Shown: positions 55,456-64,000 of the stretch, piece by piece
Layout: each line of letters starts with the position of its first letter
Position numbering within the stretch: the stretch's first letter is position 1
Assembly: GCA_951406725.2 (NCBI GenBank)
Contig: OX597830.1
Span: 42,346,001 to 42,410,000, forward strand
Direction of reading: 5' to 3'
From: Octopus vulgaris
Lineage: Eukaryota
Length of the DNA: 64,000 nucleotides
Made by a program: the position numbers and the translations under genes
The notes under the pieces: generated by a model
What the model saw: the letters and a program-made list of their open reading frames with translations, nothing else
The model's database searches: none
Told to the model about the DNA's origin: nothing

Positions 55456-55769
55456 AAAGTTCATTTCCCCATCAGTGTGGCTGTGCCATGTTACTACTAG
55501 TTTAACCCCAGGCAGATCTTCTGCCAGCTGGTTATCAGTGCAGTGATGCACCCTGAAAATACATATATATTGCCAGTAGGGGGAGTAAACCCTTACCCTC
55601 CTCTAGCAAACAACAGGATCGTGAAGTTGAGTCAGTCTCGCGATCCTGCTAGCAATATATATGTATATACAGAGTGTAGTGTCACTCCAATAACCAGCTG
55701 GCAGAAGATCTCCCTGGGGTAAAACTAGTAGCAAAAGGGAACAGCCACTTTGATGTGAGGATTAACTTT
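55456..55769. mobile_element. Foldback element with ~120 bp imperfect inverted arms and internal hairpins
   Basis: Perfect 22 bp pairing 55514-55535/55690-55711, 14 bp pairing 55560-55573/55652-55665; imperfect pairing out to aaagtt/aacttt. Confidence 0.7.
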
Positions 55770-55785
55770 ATTTGATATATATGTA

Positions 55786-55841
<56 letters not shown>

Positions 55842-55888
55842 CACACACATATATACATACACATGTTATATATATATATATATGTGTG

Positions 55889-55932
<44 letters not shown>

Positions 55933-56276
55933 GTATGTGTGTATGTGTGTATGTATATATATACACATGTTATCATCATCATTTAACATCTTTTTGATGC
56001 TTGCATGGATGAGATAAAATCTGTTGAGACAGATTTTCTACAGCTGGGTACTCTTCCTATCACCAAACCTCTTTTGCTTCCAATAAGTTAATATTTCCTC
56101 AGGCGTAGACATGTTTTACATGGAAGACTGGAAATGAACAACCTTGCTTGTATGACAATGATGCTCATTTACAGCAATGATATGATGCCTAGATAAGGGT
56201 ATACACACCAAACATATAATACCCTACATCCACACACACAAACACAAACGCATGCACACACACACGCACACACATG

Positions 56277-56324
<48 letters not shown>

Positions 56325-56463
56325 ACAGGCGTCTTTCATTTTCTCTGAAGCAAATTTACTTAGAACACTTTCACAAGGTGTTGCACAGTGGGACTGAACC
56401 CAAGATCACATGGCTAGAAAGCAAGTTTGTTAACCACACAGCCACATCTATATCTATATGTAT

Positions 56464-56694
56464 GGCAGCGAGCTGGCAGAAACGTTAGCACGCTGGGTGA
56501 AATGCGCAGCTGTATTTCGTCTGCCATTACGTTCTGAGTTCAAATTCCGCCGAGGTCGACTTTGCCTTTCATCCTTTCGGGGTCGATAAATTAAGTACCA
56601 GTTACGTACTGGGGTCGATATAATCGACTTAATCCGTTTGTCTGTCCTTGTCTGTCCTCTCTGTGTTTAGCCCCTTGTGGGTAGTAAAGAAATA
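56464..56694 (+). mobile_element. Young full-length tRNA-derived SINE with Meta-SINE-like domain
   Basis: Head ggcagcgagctggcagaaacg, B box GAGTTCAAATTCC, core 'gcctttcatcctttcggggtcgataaattaagtacc'. Confidence 0.88.
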
Positions 56695-57013
56695 TATATG
56701 TATGTGCATGTGTGTGTGTGTATACATGGAAATAAAATCTGTAAATTGTGTTGGGGGAAAAAATCAAAATTGCCAATAATTAAATGGAAATAATCCCATT
56801 GTTAATAGAATACTTAAAGGGATAGAGGCTATGAGCATGCAAGGGCAAATATTTAAATATTCTGTATTGTGCTGTATAAATTGTGCATACATACACACAC
56901 AAAAAAGAAATCTAAAAATAAATCTTTAAGTGCAAAAAACAGTGTTTCCATGGTTACCTTAATGTTATCTTCTAAAAGACAAATTTCTATGAATGCATCA
57001 TCGTATACACACA

Positions 57014-57078
<65 letters not shown>

Positions 57079-57467
57079 GTATGTACATACATATATAAAG
57101 ATCAGATCAGTGCCCTTTTCTTTCTTTCTGTCTTTCTTTCTCTCTTCTTCTTCCTCCTCCTGCTTCTTTCCTCCTCTTATTCTCTGATTCTTTGGGAACA
57201 ATTTGACCAATAGTAAGGATTATTCATGTAGCTGCTTAAAATAACTGTATGTGGAATTTTCTGTTGATTACTTTACTCTGAATGGATGAGGATTCAAAAT
57301 CAAACTGTTTATCCTAAAGGAATCTATTAACTGTGCTCGTTAGAGAAATCTAATCATTTTTAAGAAATTTTAAATTAACCAATCCTGCTTAAAACTAATA
57401 AATAAATAAACCAGAACACACAATGACTAATACCTCTGCTTCCTTCTCTATATTTTTATATTATGTT

Positions 57468-57840
<373 letters not shown>

Positions 57841-58305
57841 TTTTATCTTTCCTTCTTTGGAGGAGAGAGGTATTTTATGAATTCTTTGATTTTGCATGTT
57901 ATAATTGGTGTACCTTTGGGAGAGTACACCTGATGCCTGTACACTGTGTACTGCCTGACCCTAAGTTCACACACACACACATAAATGCACACATGCATAT
58001 GTGCACATATGGGTGTCTGTACGTGTGTATAAGTATTATGAAAATCCAATGAACAAAAAATAGGACGACACAGGTGGAACAAAGTTTGACAAATAGGATA
58101 TTAGTTTAAAGCTTTAATGAGAAGTAAATATGTGTTGATGCTTCAGACATTAATCTTTCATCAGGAGAAGACAAAAGCATAGAAAGAGTGAGAAAGAAAT
58201 ATAATCATTGAGGTAAAAAAAATACTGCAAGGAACAAATGATTAGAACACAAGTGGGTATCCTATTGCTAAATCAAGGACAGTTCCCAAAATGCTATAGA
58301 GGACT

Positions 58306-58983
58306 TGGATCTTTTCAGTTTCACTCACAGATTTTTTTAACTATTATTTTTAACTAAACAGTTTGAAACTTTGTATACTGGTATAATTTCTCACGCAGAA
58401 CACGGTTTATTTTCAACATTTTTGACAAAATTTCGTATTTTAGAAGTTATTTCATGTTAAACATGTCTTATTTGGGTAATTTTTAACCAATCAGTGACGT
58501 GTATTCAATTGAAGAAAGCTGCTGCTGCTGTTTGTGATAGTAATCAAAGAGCAACAACTTCCAGGTCATCTCTATTAAATGTCACCTCTCTATTCTATTT
58601 TATTTTTGTTTACTGCCTGTGTTGCGTATTACATGGTTTTTTTTTTTTTTTTTGCTTTTTGATCACCTCTTTAAACATTTGCATTTTCACTACTCGTACA
58701 AAGAGGCAATCGAAAGTTGTATCCAATAGTAATCAAAGATGCTTTGATTACTATTGCATGCAATAGTAGCTTTCTTCAGCTAAATAAACATCATTGATTG
58801 CTTAAAATTACATGAATACGACAACTTTAACATGAAATGACACCTAAAATACGAAATTTTGTCAGAAATGTTAAAAGTAAACCGTGTTCAGAATAAGAAA
58901 TTACACCAGTATACGAAGTTTCAAACTGTTTAGTTAAAAGAAAGTAATTTTAAAAAATCTGTGAGTGAAACTAAAGAGATCCC
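58306..58983. mobile_element. Non-autonomous DNA transposon with ~220 bp imperfect TIRs
   Basis: 'ggatcttttcagtttcactcacagattttttaa..aactaaacagtttgaaact..' mirrored by '..agtttcaaactgtttagtt..ttaaaaaatctgtgagtgaaactaaagagatcc'. Confidence 0.85.
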
Positions 58984-59189
58984 AGGGCTTCCAAGACTGG
59001 TAGAAAAGAAAGACAGAAAATACTCAACCTGGTGACTTAGCTTGATTTCTGCAACTAAATTTACACAAGGATCAGACAATGCAGTGTTTATTTCCTAAAT
59101 AGGCTGTGGTGGAAATTGAAATCCGAACACCCAAAGCAGAGAGTTACGTCTCTCCTAATTCACACACATGTAAACACACACACACACAT

Positions 59190-59248
<59 letters not shown>

Positions 59249-59820
59249 GACATAGCTATGTAATTAAGAAATCAGCTTTCAAACCATGTGGTTTTGGTTT
59301 CAGTTCCACCACATGGTTCCTCACACAAGTCTTCTGTCGCTCTGGACCAATGAAAGACTAGTGAATGGATTTGGTAGATGGAAACTTAGAGAAGCCCATC
59401 ATGCTTAGGAAGATCCATTCAGGTAAGTAAAATCAAGACCATAAAGACATGAGCCTTATGTCCTTGCCCATGTCCCTGACAAACTGCTCCTCCACAACCT
59501 ATCTTCCGAACACCTCCCCACTTACCCCTCCCAAGTTCACCACTTATTGTATTCTCCTCTCTTCTATCTCCCACTTTCCCTCATAAACCTACCTGCACAA
59601 TATGACCCTGTTGAATCTCTCCCCAACAGCATATCCTCATGATTGATACCAGTGCTCCCTGACTGGCTCCCATGCTGGTGGTACATAAAAAGCACAATTT
59701 GAGTGTGATTGATGCCAGTGCCCCAGACTGGCTCCTGTGCCAGTGGCACGTAAAATGCACCCACTACACTCTTGAAGTAGATGGTGTTTGTAAGGGAAAC
59801 AGGAAAGCAGATGAATCAGA

Positions 59821-59973
59821 AAAAGTTCCGAGGATGGAACTTTCTGGAAAGTTCCAAGGATTTTGTGGGCAGTTCCGAGGATGGGACTTCCTGGAAAGTT
59901 CCAATGAGGGGATGATTTACTTCCTGGAAAGTTCCAAGGATGGGGAGACATTACATCCTGGAAAGTTCCGAGG
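59821..59973. promoter_or_regulatory. Cluster of 'ctggaaagttcc' repeats including a perfect 4-pentamer heat-shock element
   Basis: gGAAc tTTCt gGAAa gTTCc at 59836-59855; TTCCTGGAA twice; four GGAAAGTTCC. Function not demonstrated. Confidence 0.3.
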
Positions 59974-60029
59974 AGGGGAGAAAGGGGAGGAATTACTTAT
60001 TTTCAAAACCTAGTACTAGTATCATCATG

Positions 60030-60877
60030 GAAATTTGTCTATTCTCTGCCACACCACATTCTGTTGGCCAGGGCCATTGACTCTCGCCCTTCTGTTTTTC
60101 ATGGTAATTGCAAAGTACCCAGATCAGAGTCATCCGAATCAGAGTTCGGCAAAAATTCAGAGCCAGAATCACCATCAGATGAGTCAAAATCATGAGAAAA
60201 ATCTGAGCCTGAATCTGAGCCTCTTGATTCAGCAGCAGCAGCTGACGATCAAGCTGAGGATGTGGGTATGGTTTGGTGCGAAGCAGCTGATGTACTCGGT
60301 TGCAACCGCAAATTTTCTCAAGGAGTATCACTGGCCTCCACAGCAGCTGCAGCGACACCGGAAGTACAAGGTCATGGCTCAGTTTCACATGTAGGTGTCG
60401 GTCAAGCATATGTTTAACATGACAACAAGTGAGTTGACGACGAGCGAGTTGACGACAAGCGAGTTGACAACAAGCGAGTTGACATCGAGCTAGTTGACGT
60501 AGGTGTTGGTCATGCCAACGTTTGACGCAAGAACAAGTTGGTTGCCGCAGGTGTAGTCAGGCGTGATGACGAGCATAAATTCACTAATGGGGGACCGAAG
60601 TGTGAACGCAGAACTTGTTGTAATTGATTTGAAGACATTTTGAATTATGATGCATTTTTGCTGGAGGCCGTTACCTTTATACCTCCTGTACCAATGCATA
60701 TGCATGTAAAGTATCCGCATGTCATTGGTTGACTGCTAGTGTTATGACTTTGTAAATATACGTCAGCGGCTAAAAGTCCATGATAGATGTAGGGCAGCTC
60801 TACATCGTATATTTACATTAACTGCGGTTAGGCAAGCAAAAGTGTGATCACATATTTGCGTCAACTGTTGTCAAGGG

Positions 60878-60878
<1 letters not shown>
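60030..60878 (-). mobile_element. piggyBac-like transposon 5' relic with pseudogenised S/T/D-rich ORF start (ATG at 60638)
   Basis: TTAA|CCCCTTGAC terminus at 60878; single frame MSSNQ...(STRSS)n...SDSGSDF..DSSDGDSGSEFLPNSDSDDSD; catalytic domain absent. Confidence 0.65.
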
Positions 60879-60914
<36 letters not shown>

Positions 60915-60934
60915 TTAATAATAATAATAATAAT

Positions 60935-61185
60935 TTAACATTCATTTTCCGTGCTGGCATAGGTAGGATAGTTTATAGGGGGCAGCAAGCCAGAGGGCTG
61001 CACCAGGCTCCAGACATCTGTTTTGGTATGGTTTCTATGGCTGGATGCCTTTCCTAAGGCCAACATTTTTACACAGTGTACTGGCTGCTTTTTACATGGC
61101 ACCAACCCTGGTGCTTTATGCTTGGCACCAGCAAAGATGTTCTTTTACATGGCACCAGCACAGGTGGCTTTTACGTAGCACCAGT
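60935..61185 (-). mobile_element. Older RTE-type 3' element with hairpin array
   Basis: Family core; four ggtgc..taaaa..gcacc-like units at 61064-61182. Confidence 0.7.
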
Positions 61186-61404
61186 ATTTCAAAAATAACA
61201 TGTGACTGAATCTCATTTTTCTTCTTCCTTTGTCTGTCTCTACTTTCCTGATTTAAAATGAAAACATTTTCTGGAATGACATAATTAATTTGTTCATGAT
61301 TTGTTGTTTCTTTACCATATCATAAGATATACAAAATACTGAAAAATCTGTCCATGGATACAGAGTTAGTAGGAAATATTGAATATTAAATGTTACTCAA
61401 CAGA

Positions 61405-61650
61405 ATGCATAGCTTGGAGATGATGAATTCTTTCCAGGTTGAACTGTTTCTTCTCCTTATTGAGAAGTCACTGGAAAGAATTGCAAGATGGATTCTTCAA
61501 ATCGAGCCAGTTGCTCTCAAGTTGGCAAGACCCAGGAGCAGACAATGAATGAGATGGTTGGATAATATCCATAGCCTCAGATGGTCTGGCTTGGGAATTC
61601 AGCAGGAAAGTCTAAGGATGGTTGTTTCTGATAAGATCCTGAAAAGCGGG
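61405..61650 (+). pseudogene. RTE/Expander-like LINE C-terminal relic
   Basis: ERIARWIL...RPRSRQ*MRWLDNIHSLRWSGLGI resembles 'RPRGRPRTRWxDxIxxLAWxRLGI'. Confidence 0.55.
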
Positions 61651-61989
61651 AGAAGACGGATTGATGGAAATGTATAAGTAACATAACATCTTCAGGTCAT
61701 TTACCTATAATGATGATTCTGACAAAAAAAAAAAAAAAGAAAAGAAAAGAAAAATGAAAAAAACAAGAAAAGCAATAATTTTCATCCACTTTCCTTTCTT
61801 ATTCTAAAAAAAGATCAACCGATAACGAAAGTGCTTATGAAGAAAAATGTGTCAACCAGAAGAATGAGAGACTTTCATTTGCATAATAATGGGCATAACA
61901 TGATGTAATCATTGATGTTGGTCCAGAGACAACATGAGAAGACTATATAGATATAACTTGCTCACCGATTTCAATTCTACATACACACA

Positions 61990-62054
<65 letters not shown>

Positions 62055-62379
62055 TCAAAATACAGCAGATACTAAAAAGGAAAACCTGATGCGTTACGGA
62101 AATTTTCCATAACACACTTAAAAAATATACTAATGCATTTTTGGTAATACGTACTAAGTGTGTGTCAGGGATGGAGGGGTGGAAGGGAGGGGGGGGGGAT
62201 AGAATGACTTCTGAAGATTACAATCATGAAACATCAAAAAGCTTTAACCAAAGATGAAACAATAAAACCAAGAATGGAAGAACATGTGTGGCATGAAAAT
62301 GGAAATTGCATGTCATTGTGTGGTAAAGATACGATTAGAAGTAAAGAATTGCAGCCGTGTGCAGTAAAATAAAAGAAGC

Positions 62380-62411
<32 letters not shown>

Positions 62412-63357
62412 TGTATCATTGTAATAATTAATCATCATCATCATTGTTATCATCATCATCATCATCATCAATTTGTGAGTATTTTCCATGCTTCCATGTG
62501 AGTATTTTTCCATGCTTGCATGTGTTTAATGGGTCTGCCTACTCATTATCTTTATGAAGTTCAACATCTTGAAATCAGCCTCCATGGTTTCTTCTCAGTT
62601 TTTACTCAATCTTCTACATGTACATACATACATACATACATACATACATACATACATACATACATACATACATACATACATACATACGCGTACATACATA
62701 CATACGCATACATATATTTATTTTTATTCTTTATAGAATTAATAAAATCATTTTCATGATTTTATCAAGTGGTCAGCATGAAATAAAAAACTGAGAAGGG
62801 GAGATAATCTTAAAATGTTTCTAGCTCAATAAGTTGTCATCAGTACAATTTTCCAACTTCATTTCCAGTTGCCAAAATACAATAAAGAGGCCATATTTAC
62901 AGTATGGCCTAAGTAATTTCCATGATTTCAACAAAAATGAGTTCAGAGAAATTACTCAGACTTGCCAATGGCTGCTTGAACTCAGTGCTCTACAGTTAGT
63001 TGTTTATCAACTTATTTTATCAACTGCAGAAGGATGGAGAGCAGAGCTGATGTTGGTGGAATTTGAACTCAGAATGTAACAAGCTGAGCATTTTGTCAGA
63101 ATGCAAATGATTCTGCCAGTCCATCACCTAAATAATAATATTAATCTTTTCTATTATAGGCACAAGCCTGCAATTTTGAGGGGAGGGGCTAGTCAATTAT
63201 ATCAACCCCCCCCCCCCCAGTACTTTTTTCTATCAATCCTGAAAGGATGAAAGGCTAAGTCAACCTCAGCAGAATTTGAACTCAAAACATTAAGATGGAT
63301 TAAATACTGCTAAGCATTTTGACCAGCATGCTAACAGTTCTGCCAGTTTGTTGCCTT

Positions 63358-63455
63358 GATGATGATAATAATTATAATAATAATAATAATAACAACAACA
63401 ACAACAACAGCAGCAGCAGCAACAACAACAACAACAACAACAGCAACAACAACAG

Positions 63456-63512
<57 letters not shown>

Positions 63513-63612
63513 GAAGAAGAAGAAGAAGAAGAAGAAGAAGAAGAAGAAGAAGAAGAAGAAGAAGAAGAAGAAGAAGAAGAAGAAGAAGAAGAACAAAAGA
63601 AGAAGAAGAAGA
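63358..63612. repeat. (AAT)(AAC)(GAT)(GAA) compound microsatellite
   Basis: Direct reading. Confidence 0.95.
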
Positions 63613-63970
63613 AATCTGATGCTGGATCATAGATATAGCATGCCCAGCTGACAACAAGGTATGCATTAAGGAAGAAAGAAAAGTCAATAGATATGACAGG
63701 TTAGCTTGGGAAGTTGGGAAGTTAAGCAGTTGTGGTTGATGAAAAAGGTGGTAGTAGTACCAATAATTGTCGGAGTGAGTAAAAATCTTGATAAGTACAT
63801 GGAACAAATAGGGGCTGCAATAAGGGTGGATAACTTGCAGAAAACCACTGCTTGGAACCACTCAAATATTCCAGATGGTGCTTGAAAAATAAGTGGTGTT
63901 ACCTTAGTTCATTGTGGTGAACAGCTGACACTGTTGTACATCTCCAGTGTTAGAAGCTGTACAAAGACAA
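63612..63970 (+). mobile_element. R4/Dong-clade LINE 3' fragment
   Basis: CWIIDIACPADNKVCIKEERKVNRYDRLAWEV..LW...LQK..LLGT; same 3' UTR as 21691-21892. Confidence 0.8.
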
Positions 63971-64000
63971 TAAATAAATAATAATAGTAACAATCCTTTC

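Noticed and set aside
59993-60409. 138 aa (-) and 119 aa (+) ORFs in the track as genes
   Set aside because: Shadow frames of the stop-interrupted piggyBac-like frame
60095-60638. Selenoprotein or alternative genetic code explaining the in-frame TGAs
   Set aside because: The contexts fit Arg in a low-complexity S/T/R/P region, a TAA is also present, and no SECIS was seen; CpG decay is more parsimonious

Overview
AT-rich, microsatellite-saturated animal genomic DNA. The SINE families and repeat density suggest a coleoid cephalopod, most likely Octopus (inference from remembered repeat families, not a database hit). I can support no host protein-coding gene; the window looks intronic or intergenic, and nearly all ORFs in the track are translations of simple repeats. 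The recognisable content is a layered transposon graveyard. It includes R4/Dong-type REL-endonuclease LINE 3' fragments sitting in (TAA)n, RTE LINE fragments (one ~0.9 kb RT), two Penelope-like GIY-YIG relics, a near full-length dead mariner, a piggyBac-like 5' relic, several MITEs, a non-autonomous Helitron, and many tRNA-derived SINEs and (GAT)n-tailed elements. The most interesting signal is a dispersed set of about ten minimal hammerhead-ribozyme motifs in short Penelope pseudo-LTR-like/retrozyme-like modules. One near-intact copy (51533-51577, minus strand) sits in a CCAAT-TATA-ribozyme-polyA cassette. Also notable are several long foldback structures, a stem-covarying hairpin array, an HSE/kB/STAT motif cluster, and an ORF whose stops are almost all explainable as CGA>TGA.
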